Counted from the first letter of the stretch, positions 12,992 through 25,357 are shown. The stretch: DNA of 64,000 nt from Takakia lepidozioides (GCA_030704615.1 CM060734.1:14322001-14386000), one strand, 5' to 3'. The notes: generated from the sequence alone by a model not told the origin. Numbers and translations: made by a program.

Positions 12992-15900
12992 GTGTCCCTA
13001 CTTCGAGGGAGAAGCAAGCGTCGAAGAACACTGTATTTCACGTCAAACAAGGAAAGGGCACGCGCTAAGGAGAGGATGAGAAAGGCGAGACGGGAGCTTA
13101 GAATGGGAGAAGAAACCCCGCGAGATGAGGAAGAGGAAGGGCAAAAGAGGATTCAGCAACCGCAGTGTGGAGAGGAAGGTCTTGAAGTGATCCAGGAGGC
13201 GACAGACGAGCAACCTGCAATCGAAGGAGGGGATGAGGAGGAAGTAACCTGGGCTCGGGAGGAAGCAGTGAGAGTACAGAACCTGGCCTTCAAAGACCAG
13301 GGAGAACAAACGGACGTAGGAACGCGGCCGTCTGCCCCTGTTTCGCACCATCGCGACCTCCTTGGAAGCATGTTACCTCAAGACCGCATGGAAAAATTGA
13401 ACGCGACAGGAGCATCATCAAGTGCAAAGCAGAAACCCCAGGTAGCTACGAACTTTCTTTTTCTCTCTCTGTTTCTGTCTTTTTCTCTCTCTGTTTCTGT
13501 CTAAGCATTGAGGACGACATCAACCTTGCGTCAACGCAAGGTTGAAGTCGACCTCCAAAGTGTATTTGTTGGGCTCAAAACAGTGCAGAAACTGCACCAC
13601 AATCTGTACGGTTTCATGCTAAGCATTGAGGTGGACATCAACCTTGCGTCAACGCAAGGTTGAAGTCGACCTCAATGCTTTTTTGCTGGGCATAAAACAG
13701 TGTAGAAACTGCACTACAATCAAGGTAGAGAGACACGGATGCTTCCGACGCATCATGGATTTCAAAGAGGAAGCAGAGACAGGAGTCTCCATTTACTGTA
13801 GATATTTGCTTCGCTGAACCCCGATAAGAGAGCTCGCAATCAACCTTGCGTCAACGCAAGGTTGATCCCAACCTGCATATTGTATGTTTAGAGCTTGTAG
13901 TGAAACCAACAGAGGCTGCACAGGAATCAACCTTGCGTTGACGCAAGGCTGGTTTTCATGATATCTTTGCACAATGGATGCGTCCGATATCCCACTGTCC
14001 TCACTGTAAGGTAGGGAAAGTTCATTCTTCGAGGCTCCCAAAAGAACCCTGCGTCAACGCAAAACATAATTTGGGTCCAAACGTCTTTCCTGTATGCCTT
14101 TCAGTCTAAGTTACGTCCCCATCAATCAACCTTGCGTCAAAGCAAGGTTGATGCATGGGAGCTCAATCTCACACTCACAGATTATTAATTCTGTGCAGAG
14201 GAAAAGAAAAAGGAAATCCGAGGGGGAAGATTTGGCCGCTTCAGAAGGTGAAGGTGATGAAGAGTCACTGGAGGGACACTATGAAAACAAGGCCGAGGAG
14301 ATAATGGGTGGGCAAAAAGTGAACTCGTCGAAGGTGATTCTGTCGATGGAGGTTCCCGGCGGAAACCTGGTCATTCCGCTTTGCAGGATGATCTCCATGC
14401 CCACTGTTCGACCGGCATTGAGGAACGATATAACAAAGTTGAAGAACGACTTTGTTCACGGCTATGTGAAGGGATCAGCAGTGTTCTACGTATCCACTAT
14501 GAACACAAAAGGAGAGGAGTGTCTTGTAACAGAGGACATTGAGCAAAGTTGGGATGAATGCTGGCGGGATGTGAACAGGGAGTTCGAGTTCAAGCTGTCG
14601 AAGAAGACCTCCACAAAAGCATTCATGGGGAAGATGTTTTTTGTCTGGGATGGGAACCACAGACTGCTTGCCTGGATGGATTACATTTCAAGCATGCACT
14701 CGGACGACATCGAATGGCACTGGAGCGTGGTTTCCATGGTTCTGGATCACAAAGGGCATGTCACGCAGCTCTTGACAGCCATGCACGACATAAACAAGTA
14801 AGTCTCCATCTTTGTGTCTGTTCCTCGTTTCGACAATTAGAAATCATCTTATGAGTTGACGGTTTTTCCAGGTCCAACGAAACATCTCATGTGACCACCA
14901 ATCTGTGCCACACTCTGTTCCGCATCCAGAAGGTAGGGCTGATGCCACTGGAGTCATTCACGAACGTGCTTAGTCCACAGCAGATGAAGAGGTGTGCTGA
15001 GAAGAAGACAAGCACATGGTATAGCTTGACAAGGGAGGCTTTCCTTGACTACATGTACACTGTAAGCTTCTTGACACTGCTTGCTTTTTGACACTGCAAG
15101 CTTCTTGACACTACCTGTTGTTACTATTTTCTGACAAGTAATGACAGTGTTTCATTCTTTTTACCTGCAATGTATGCAGCAAGAAATAGCAGAAACCGGC
15201 TTGAAGGCGAAAGCTGAGTACTATGATTCCCACACTGAAGAGCAGCGGTCTGCATCTGGGCTTGAGGACACGATGAAGTTCGAGATGAATAATCAAAGGA
15301 AGAACCTCATGAGTGCATTCGACAAACAAATCAGGATAGCAGATCCAGGGCTTGGCACAGAATTTCTGGAGCAGGTGAAAGTGCACTATGACAAGTTTGG
15401 CTCCAAGCCAGAAATGACTCAGGAGAAACTACATCGCCTTTCCATTTCAATGGTGGACAATGCAACGAAAATCAGGTGGTTGGAGATATGGAACTCGGAT
15501 CCTCTTGTGAGAGACACGAATATGTTTCCAACTCCAGAGAGAGACCCGAAGACACAAGCAATAAAAGTTGTAAGCGACCAGACATTCGACCAGTGGCTAC
15601 ACAAAGCCACATTTTGGAGCCAGGTAAGGTTACCACCAAACCATTTTCAGACATGTGTGTTGCTCCGTAATTCTGCTCCCAACCTCTCCAAAATTCTTAC
15701 AAGCTTTCTTGTTGCAGTTAGAAAAACGTGCAGTGGCTGCACTTGCTGAGTCGATGGCAGACTACAAAATCAAGATGGCTTGCCCCCGGATCACACTGGA
15801 GGCCTATATCAGGAGGTGGAAGCTCGCTGTCTGGAACAATTGCTTCTTCAGGGAGTTTGAAAAAGACAAAGGAATCTCCAGATCGTACGAGTTCAAAAAC

Positions 15901-18552
15901 CAGCTGAACAGCGAGCAAGCAATGAAACGAGTGTTGTACAGGTGTGATCTCCTTACTCAATTGTGGTACTTGAAGGGCGTGCATCTGCAATCTTCTGTCA
16001 TACTTTCAGATTTGCGAATTTGCGTGGCTTTGAGGGATCTCTGGGGGCTCTGAATGTGCTGTCCAGCAACATTGCGTTGACGCAAAGTTGTTTCCCATGG
16101 TCCTGGTTTCACTTACCTATATCTGGGTATCCCATACTGGCGTTTTATTGCATGTGAATGGGGGTGAATGGACAGGAAAATCAGCCTTGCGTCAACGCAA
16201 TGTTGATGAGACGCAGACTATGTACCTTTTCCTCTGGTTTGGGGCAGTTCAAATCCAGATCCAATTCTGCCAACTTGAACATAACAATGTTTGGAGTCTA
16301 TTTCAAATGCTATTTTCAGCTTTCACTATGCCAACAAACAGACTTGCGTTGACGCAAGGTTGTTTGGCGGTATGGATTGATGGAAATGTCCCTGTGCATC
16401 CCCCAACTTCCATGCAATTGTAGGAGACTTTCGATTATCAGATATAATATCGATGTTTGTTTCAACAGAGGAATTCAACATTGCGCCAACGCAATGTTGA
16501 ATATCCATAGCAGTACATAGTGAGATGGTGGTTTTCAGGCATTGTTTCCCATTTCATCTGTGAGTGAAAACAACATTGCGTTGACGCAATGTTGTATTGC
16601 ACTTGTCAGTCGTTGTCTCTATCAATACAACGTAACCACTAGGTGTTTCCCATTTCTGCTCGAATCAACATTGCGTCAACGCAAGGTTGATTCTGGACAG
16701 CAAAAGTTGATTACCAGGTGTTCCCTTCCTTTATTTCAATATCTTCTTCTGAATGTCTGTTCTTTTCCATTTTCCGATTGACTGACTATCTGGGTTTTTG
16801 GTGTTTGATTCAGGTATATGTATCATATCCTCATACCGGGAAAGTACCTTAGCGATGACCCAGACTTCATCTATTCATGGGCTGACCCCTCCAATGAGAA
16901 GACAATGTACACGGCTGGTATTGCCAGAGACTGGAGCAGGGCGCACTTCAGAGACTGTGGGTGGTACCTCGACCTGCCAAAACAGGACACACCATTCGAT
17001 GAAGTTGTTTTGAGAAACCTGAACGACAATGCCGCAGCGATTGCCCCATTGGCAGACAAAGACATTCAGGACAGAATCATTTCTACTCTGGCTGCAAAAG
17101 AGCCCGAGAGAACTGCCACTCCAAAACGAAAGGGGAAGACTGTCGGGGATCCTAAGGGGAAGGGGAAAAGTGCAGCTCCGCAAGGACAGGGACCGTCAGA
17201 GGTTCCTGTCAGAGAGCCTTCTCCCGCAAGGAGGGATAGGAGAACATCAAAGTCGAGGGAGCAGCCTTACGAGGCGAGAGAACATCCCTCCAGGGTTTTG
17301 GGCCAGTTCAATCGTAGGGTGCTGAATGAAAGTTTTCTTGCAATGATGGAGTCCAGGAAGTCCATATTCAAAGGGGTGCCCTCGAAATCATGGGACATGC
17401 TTGTTTCGTTCCTCACTCAGGTAAACACTTTTGTCTAAACTGTTGTATGAATAATTGTGTTTTGGCATCTTGTTGTGGCTTTTCCAGGGGATTGATCTCC
17501 TGCTCGATTTGGATTGGGCTTCTTACACTGTCTCCTGTTTTTCCCTGTAGGTGACAAAAAATCCGGAATGGGTGAATGGAGTTCAGCAGGCATACGCGAC
17601 TGACCTTGTGGTGCTGGACATTCCTGACGGTTATCCTGTCCCTGATGTGTTCCCTTCCAATTCGACCCCGACTTGGAACAAATCGGATTCTCGTTATTGG
17701 CAGTGGGCTTTCTCGTTCAGCAACAAATTCCTTTCGGACTCGGGGGCTCTTCTTCTCATGCAGTCAAAGGACATGTCGGTCCGAAGAACTCTTTTCAGCT
17801 ACATGAAAGCCTCCGGGTTTCGTGTCATCAAAACTTGGACATGCATCAATACTCTGCCTCTTACGAAGGGCGAGTTCCCGGGGCAGAAAGTGAGTTGGTT
17901 CCTTTCAATTCATGTTTCGTTGTTTTTTCGGTAAATAAAAATGCTGGGTTATGCCTTCTGTCTCATGCTCTCTTCCTCATTGTTGACAGACACGGGTGTT
18001 CGAAGCTTTGTGCCTGGTGAGGCGGAAGGACACTCTTCCTCCTGGTGTTGCTGAGTTCCAGATGAGGGACCTTGCAGCTCATATTGACCCCACCTGCGAG
18101 CCTATGGAGGATGATGTTCTCTTCAATTACGTGGACTCGGGTCGAACTATGAAAAGGTCGATTGGTGTCCCTTGGAGAGGTGCACGGGAGAAATCTCCAG
18201 CTTTCATGCAGACTTTGGTGGAGACATGTAGCCGTCATGGTGGACGAGTGGTCGACTTGTCTATGGGCACATGTGGGGCACTTCACATTGTGATTGACAT
18301 ATGGGCAGTAACCTTAGGGAAACCCTGTTTTTATTTCTCGTTCTTCTTGGATTTGCAGGAGCATGTTTTCATGCTTGCAAGAGCGCCGGAAGGCACTTCT
18401 TCGGCATGGAAGCTGATACGGAGCTCTTCTCGAGCGAGCTTCGTCAGCTTGAGTCGGACACTACTTCTACCCCATCCAAAGAGGGACTTCTAGAGGAGCT
18501 CGAAGCGCCTGATGAGGATCTGGACGTGGACTCCGATTTTGAGTGTGAGTAA
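12992..18552 (+). CDS. Nine-exon gene of about 1110 aa: ParB/Srx-like domain fused to a beta-class N6A/N4C DNA methyltransferase-like domain
   Basis: Exons about 12992-13441, 14199-14797, 14872-15061, 15180-15623, 15718-15941, 16814-17420, 17551-17889, 17990-18272 and 18359-18552 splice with GT-AG in consistent phase. Motifs: FFVWDGNHRL (14649); DLVVLDIPDG (motif IV position, 17617); REKSPAFMQTLVETCSRHGGRVVDLSMGT-ACFHACKSAGRHFFGMEAD (motifs X/I/II). The start codon is uncertain, and the last junction as modelled creates TGA where Gly is expected. Confidence 0.75.
13520..14152. repeat. Six palindromes ATCAACCTTGCGT-CA-ACGCAAGGTTGAT in intron 1
   Basis: Copies at about 13520, 13638, 13839, 13927, 14045 (partial) and 14125. 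Confidence 0.92.
16067..16693. repeat. Six palindromes of the same family in intron 5
   Basis: Copies at about 16067, 16181, 16339, 16473, 16570 and 16662. Confidence 0.92.
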
Positions 18553-19454
18553 GTTCTTCTGTAGTCGTTCAAAATATGTGGCATTTCCTTGTGTCGTTCC
18601 CGTTCGAAAAAATTGCGTAACATTGTCTATATCTGGATGTTAACATCTGCCACCATTTCTCTTGTTCCTTTCCAGAGTTCTGCACCAGTCATTGAATCAG
18701 CAGACACCTTTCGGATTCCAAGGATACTACATGTCCCCGAGTCCCCCTAGATCCAACCGCTTGCCGGTTTACGCGGAAGCTTGCGCACGGGTGTTATCCG
18801 AACAAACACTGTATTCGCATCTCCATAAAGGTCGTGGAAAAAAAAAACGTCATGTATGTGCTGCTGTATTCATAGATGATATTGCTATTAACTCTGGCAG
18901 TGGTTCCTCTGAAACCTCCAATATTTCTTGACGGTTCAAGTACTGAGGCTCAATAAATTGTGTTTTGGCTTTGCTTCCATCCCATACTGTTTTTCAAGTT
19001 CTCTGCGCGTTCCCGTAAGTAGAGTTAGGGATTGCCTACGGTATTTCTTCGGAGTGCGGAATTGAAAAATGTTTGTGTGTTGGAGTGAATGTACTGCTTT
19101 GCCAAAAAAACATTTTTTCTTTTCAGATTCAGTTCTGTAGTGGGCGATCTCCTCATTCCAAAGTCAGGATCTCCCACAAAATTCATCCGCAAGCCTGCCA
19201 TTGTTCTCGGCCACAAGGAATATTCATGTGGGGGCAGTAAAGAGGGATAAAAAATTAGGACATAGGGGGGGGGGGAAGCACGGACATAGGTAAAAGGGGG
19301 GGGGGAGCACGGTAATAGGGGTGAGAGCACGGAACCGCGGTAATAGGGGAGGGGAGCACGGAATTAGGGCCTGAACACGTGGATGCTTGCTGACGTGGCG
19401 TGAGCCTAGCCAGGCTCACAGGCTCACAGGCCAGGCTCACGCGCAAGCATTCCC

Positions 19455-19694
19455 CGTTCCACGTGAAGCTGACATGGATTCGTAGTCATTTACCACGGTC
19501 TTATCAATGATTATGATTAGGCGTCCCCGTTGCCACGTCAACAGTGAGCTCCACGACTGACAGATACGACTCTATGACGCTTACGACTCATTTGTCACAA
19601 ATGACTGGGTTTATCTGACTGGGCAGTCATGAAGTCATAAAAGGCTGATACGACTGGAAAATAGCAGACGTAAAAGCCGGGATCTCTTGTAGTG
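19455..19694 (-). mobile_element. CACTA-type terminus and subterminal region, homologous to the left end of the 51453-52370 element
   Basis: The reverse complement begins CACTACAAGAGATCCCGGCTTTTACGTCTG..GTATCAGCC..TATGACTTC, matching 51453 onward. Confidence 0.75.
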
Positions 19695-21019
19695 AATAGC
19701 GATTTCAATGCGGGCACGTGTGGTTGTGGCGGGGCCCGCATGTGGGAGAGGGGTCGCACCGGGTGGGGCGCCCCCTACCTGACCGGCTCAATCTGCTCAG
19801 CTGAGCCCCCGGGGTAAACCAGTCTGCTAGGGCCCACAAACACATCATAAAACATTAATTTTTTGGAGGTGTTGCAAAAAGTAGTGGGTAGTGTGGTGGT
19901 AAAGAGCAACTCATAATAAGCATGCGGTTTGGTATTCAAGTCCTGCCAGGTGATACTGTGGTGTGGCAGTAATGTGTGTTAATAATAAATATATATTTTG
20001 TCGGAGGAGGGTCTGTCAGTCCGGTTGAAGGTTGGAGTCGGTACGCTCGCCGGTTGGAGTCCGCACGAAGGTTGACAATTTCAACCGCCTAACGAATTAT
20101 CTGAGACTTGCTATCAGGAGCAGCTGTGTCCGAACTCTAACGGTGAAACTCAAGCGTCGAAGAGCTGCAAGGACCTACAAAGATTTTGGGGTTGAGTGTG
20201 CGGCAAAATACAGAGTGCCTGTTAAAGACGGCCAACCTGTCTATGACAAACTCTCAGAGGAAGAAAGAGCAATACTGAGGAACTGTCTGCGAACAGCAAA
20301 TGCCTTACGTGGAGAATGGGACACATTGGGATGGGTGGAAAAAGGGCTTCTGCAGAGATTCTATATCCCAGAAGTAATATGTGAGCTTAATGGGGACACG
20401 AATCTGGAATTTAGAGGTGACTTTCTATTGTTCTGCAGTAATAGGAGCCAAAACAAGGACAATGTACAAGCCTCGAGGAAACCTGGACTTCTCCCCCCCT
20501 CACCCAACCCATTGGATTTTAAAGAAAGCTTTGTGCCACCACCAAGACCACGCCTTTTCCCGAAGGCTAAGCAGCAGATGTATACTGGTACAAAAACAAC
20601 AGCGTAGGCATCAACAGCGAACGAGGTAGACCATCTACGTGACATGCTTGTATGTTCCTCATTGTGTAGAGTCCAATGGAGCTCGCAGTGACTTGCATTG
20701 TTGTTGTTGAAAGCTACACATGCACTCCTCAAAGGAACTTGTCAAAGTGTTGATGCTGTCGGAATTTCTGGGCACAAAGGTCTACCGTGGAGCATGGAGG
20801 GGCGCTGGCATGAGGTTCTTAAAGATCCATCACAATGGTGTGACAACCGCAATGGCAAGGTGTGGCTTTCTTAATGTACGATGTGAAGTTTGTCTGTTGT
20901 GCAAAAGTGGGCTCTATCTGTCAGTATCGTGATTTGTTCTATTTCCTGGTCTTTACAAGGTGCTTGGGAGGGTCAGCTTGGTCTTAGGAGCCATTTTTTA
21001 ATTTATGGCTGCTCAGCTG

Positions 21020-21140
21020 CATCATGGCAGACCAATCCAAGATCACCCGACTACAGACACAAGCAGCGCACAATAGAGGTCGTTTGGGTTGATGGTTGGT
21101 TGAATCCTCCTTGGGTGAAAGAAAAGTTAGCTGCTTTCAT
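21020..21140 (+). pseudogene. OSB-type PDF motif coding fragment
   Basis: WQTNPRSPDYRHKQRTIEVVWVDGWLNPPWVKEKL fits the NPkxPDFKHK..LW..P.WV..L pattern. Confidence 0.65.
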
Positions 21141-21344
21141 GACACAACATCAAGGGCGATGTGGTGAGGGCACCTTCTTCTTCAACACCTTTCAGCCTGG
21201 TTTGTCCTCTTATCAGGATCATCCCTAATTTTTCATGTTGAATTCTGCACGTTAGCTTGTCGGGTGGTGGATCTATGTTGGATTGCTGATTTTGACGTGT
21301 TACTGCCAATGGCAACAGGCAAATATCCGGAAACAGAAAATAGA

Positions 21345-24300
21345 TTGTACTCATAAGACGTTGTTTGCCGTAGCCTTGTGGCCATTGACCCCGCGCCCAG
21401 TTTGAGCGGGAACAAAAGGGACAGAACCTACCTCTGTCAGGGGCTGACGTTGGTAGTAAGACTTACCTCCATATAAAGAATTAATCCGGGTTCCAGATAT
21501 CCTCTAGAAATCCCTTCACACAAGCATCAATCTGCTGTGTGTGATTTGCCCAAAAACTAGGCCTCAGGAGGGCCTGGGCTTTTGGCTCAGCCTCGAGACT
21601 TTCAAAGTTGGTAAACAGGGGTACAGGCACAATTCCCTTAATAGATTTGAAGAGAGCGTCTCTTTGGTGAGAGAACCCCGGACAGTGTATCAGAAAATGA
21701 ATACTGTCTTCAGATTGCCCACACAACGGGCAATTGCACTCTCCCTTTCCTCTCTGCTTCTGTTTGCTGTTCAAAGGTAGGCTTCCTGCCCTGAGTTTAA
21801 ATTTCAGTCTAGTGCCGAGAGTGGGTAGACCCTTGAGGTCATCCAAGATGTCCTCCCCATGTCACAGACTGGAAACAAGTTCAGGGAAGTTTTCTGCCTA
21901 ACTTCATTTTCATCAACAGACATGGCTGAGGACACTACAGCCTCTAAGTCAGATTTATCCAGCAGGGTCAAGACTTGCGGATCCAGGTCCAGGTCCTTGA
22001 GAATCTCTTCTACTCTCTTCTGCCAGGACTTAGCCTGTTTGACAGGGCGGTCCTGTTTCCAAGATATAGAGTCGATTACCTTAGGATATCTGGTGTTGGG
22101 CATATGTTGCAGCTGACCCCACCATCTGACCTTGAATTCATCTCGTCGGGAGCTTAGGGACGGAATGCTAAACTCACCCCGAACAGCCACATTGGCTGTT
22201 TTGGAGCATGCTGACATACACTCCTTAAGCACCCCCACTTGAATGGATTCTAGAGACTTAGCCTGGTTGGAGTTATCAACCCATATAGCAGATCCGTACT
22301 CCAAGGCAGGTCTAATAACGCGACAAAGCATGGTTTTCTTAACCTCAGAGTTGACCCCTCTGCAGTGGAAAAATTTAGTGAGCCCCAGAGCTTTGCCCTT
22401 GCCAGTTTGAACAACTTTCCGGATATGTGCATCCCAATTACAATTGGAGGAGAACTCAACGCCCAGGTAAGTGTAGGAAGGGAGGACCGGGATCTCTTGG
22501 CTACCCCACTGCCACTTAAGATCACTTCCTCCCTCTCCTCTGTCGTTGAATGCTACCACTGCACATTTGCTGACATTAGCCTCTAGCCCCCAAAGATCAA
22601 AGTATCTCTTCGCGCAATCAATCAACTCCTGGAGATTGGTTGGAGTCTCCCCTATGCCTGCCTCAAGGTTTACACAAGACGAACAAATCCTATACATGGG
22701 GTAATTGTCCCCAAGCCGTCAGATGGACAATCTGTCCCTAAGTGTGCAGAGCCTGAACGTCGTGTAACTGAAGGATTTGGTACTCTAAATGGTTTACCAA
22801 TCCCCAAAGTCTACACAAGACGAGCAAAATCTATACACGGGGTAATTGTCCCCAAGCAGTCTGACGGACAATCTGCCCCTATGTGTGCGGAGCCTGTGCG
22901 TCGTGTAACTGAAAGATTTGGTACCCTGAATGGTTTACCAATTCTCAAAGTTTACACAAGACGAGCAAAATCTACACATGGGGTAACTGTCCCCCCTTTG
23001 CAGAACGGTTGGCCGTCCAGGAGCAATCACAAGCTACCTAGACGACAAACAATTCACACGCAAAGGGCTGGCTTGCGGCTGGCCACTTTCAACTTCTCAG
23101 GGTTGACCAACCAAAGGAAACAACTTGAAGTGGGACAAGTTCTTCGGACTAATGATATTCATATCTGTGCTGGGCAAGAAACATGGGAAACGTCGGATAA
23201 ACTGGTTGGAGATGTCATTGGTTATAAATGGGCAGGTAAGATGTGTACTCTCAAGGCAGCCTCTGCCAAACGCGGTCAAAAAGGGGTTGGATTCTTTGTC
23301 CGTGATTTCTTGTTTGACAATTGTGAAATTATCAACAAGGGTTTGAGGTACGAGCATAGTATCTGGCTAAAACTGAATTTGAAGGGCGGCATGAGTACAA
23401 AGGACCTCTTTGTTGGTTGTGTTTACATGCCCACAGAGGGGACCCTTAGTGCTGACGCAGACAAGGCCTTCGAAGATGTAAAGCTGGACTGTGCTTCGTT
23501 CCTTGCCAAAGGTCAGGTGGTACTATTGGGGGACTTCAATGCCCGGGTGGGCAAAGGGATCCATCAGGACGATATCATTGGACCTTTTGGTGAGGACGAG
23601 CTGAATTCTAATGGCAGACGGTTAATTAACTGTCTAGAAGAGCTTCAGCTTTTGACCTTGAATAACAGGACAAGAGGTGACCAAGTGCAATGGACTCGTG
23701 AGAAACCCCAAACTGGGGAACGTTCCATTGTGGACTATATCATAATGGACAAAATTTTGTTCCCCCAGTGTGCCAATGTGTTGATCGACAGAACTGATAT
23801 TGGTACCTCTGACCACTTCCTGGTTTGGACTGAGATCAAAAGGTGTTTTCCCACCACCAAGAGATCTGTGAAACGTTCGATTCGGAAGTGGCGCATAGAA
23901 AAATTCCACAATGAGGAGGTCAAGGCTGAGTACGTCCAGGCCTTGCAAGAGGCTCTCCCTCATTTTGTCCAATCGCTCCAAGAACTTCAGTCACGCTCTG
24001 TTAACGCAAGAAATGAAGTCGAAAGAGCAGTGGACTCTTGGGAGAGTTTCGTTTCCTCCGTGGCTGACAAGATCATTGGGAGGAAACTAATTGTCTGCGG
24101 TAGAGCAGTTAATTGGTGGACTAATGAGATTAAACTCAAGATAGCTGAGAGACGAGCCCTCTATAAAGAGTGCTGCAATTTGGAAACCAACAGAGAATTG
24201 TGGGCGAGGTACTACCAGCTCCGTAAAGATATCAATCAGCTTGTTAGGTCTCAGAAGAAATTATACTGGGACAAGTTATACAGTGAAATAAACTCAAACC

Positions 24301-25357
24301 ACCATGGTGGTAATGACAAGAAATTCTGGTTGGCCCTTCAACGTTTGTACAAACCGAAAAACGGTCAGCAAGTACAAGCGCTGAAGACTACTACAGGTGC
24401 AGTGGTGACTTCATCGGTTGACATTGTCAAAACCTTTGAAACTCACTACAGTATCCTTGGCAGAACTTCTAGGTCTAACAGTGAGGGGTCTTCTGCTGAA
24501 TGGAGGGACACAGTTGGAAAAACTGTTCCTATGATTCAAAACAGCCCTGATGAACTGGAGTATATTTCAATGGCTTATAATGCTCCCATTAGTTCTTCTG
24601 AGATTGTGGAAGCAATTGAACATTTAAATGGATATAAAGCTGGTGGACCTGATGGTATTGTCAACGAGCTTATCAAGCACGGTGGCCTTCCCATGATAGA
24701 GGCCCTAGTTCTCCTCTTTAACCTTATCTGGAAGACTGAAATGATCCCCTTTCGCTGGCGACAGGGGGTCATTGTCAATCTATACAAGAAGGGTGACAGA
24801 GAAGAACCGGGGAACTACCGTGGCATCACGCTCCTCAATGCTGTTGGCAAGACATTCTGCAGAGTTATGAGTACTCGTCTCGAGGTTGATCTGGAGTCCA
24901 GAGGTTGTTTCCACGAAGGCCAAGCTGGCTTTCGGCGAAACAGGGGCTGTGTGGATCATATCTTCACTCTAAGCCAGATTATCCAGGGAAGGAAAAAAGA
25001 AGGGAAACCCACTTATGTCTTTTTCCTGGATGTCAAAAAGGCTTATGACACAGTGTGGAGGGATGGCCTATGGTTCCGCCTCTGGTCTTGTGGGATCAAG
25101 GGAAAGATGTGGAGAGTTGTCCACAACTTGTATGCTCACACCAAAAGCTGTGTCACTGTTAACGGACAGAAGTCCAACTTCTTTGACATAGACCAAGGTG
25201 TAGCTCAAGGATGTACTCTCTCCCCTCTGCTCTTCAATGTTTTCATCAATCAACTCCTCGAGGATGTGGAAAGTGAGGGATTTGGGTTAAGGGTGGGTGA
25301 TACCACCATACCAGCCCTTATGTTTGCGGATGACTTCGCAGGCATAGGGGAGACTCC
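21345..25357 (-). mobile_element. EN-RT-CCHC LINE (RTE/RTEX-like), 5'-truncated with a 5' inversion (twin priming), 14-bp TSD
   Basis: The 3' part is on the minus strand (22661-21345) and the 5' part on the plus strand (22662-25357). Both pieces break at GIGETP with a 22-bp overlap. TSD aaacagaaaataga is at 21331-21344 and 25358-25371. Confidence 0.92.

Larger units (their letters stand above)
8094..19448. mobile_element. Mutator-like (MULE) DNA transposon, copy 1, about 11.35 kb, carrying a ParB-methyltransferase gene
   Basis: Imperfect TIR: gctaccgcgtgagcctggcgcgtgagcgtgtgagcgt (8094) versus the reverse complement of 19412-19448 (31/37 identical). It encloses a DDE/SWIM transposase and a divergent cargo gene. 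No clean TSD was seen. Confidence 0.75.

Noticed and set aside
12992-18552. Bacterial or phage contamination as the source of the ParB-MTase gene
   Set aside because: The gene has eight GT-AG introns, most at positions shared with copy 2, and is embedded among plant genes and TEs.
19885-19950. tRNA/SINE-like A and B boxes (also a weak one at about 31145-31190)
   Set aside because: Too degenerate to support a call.
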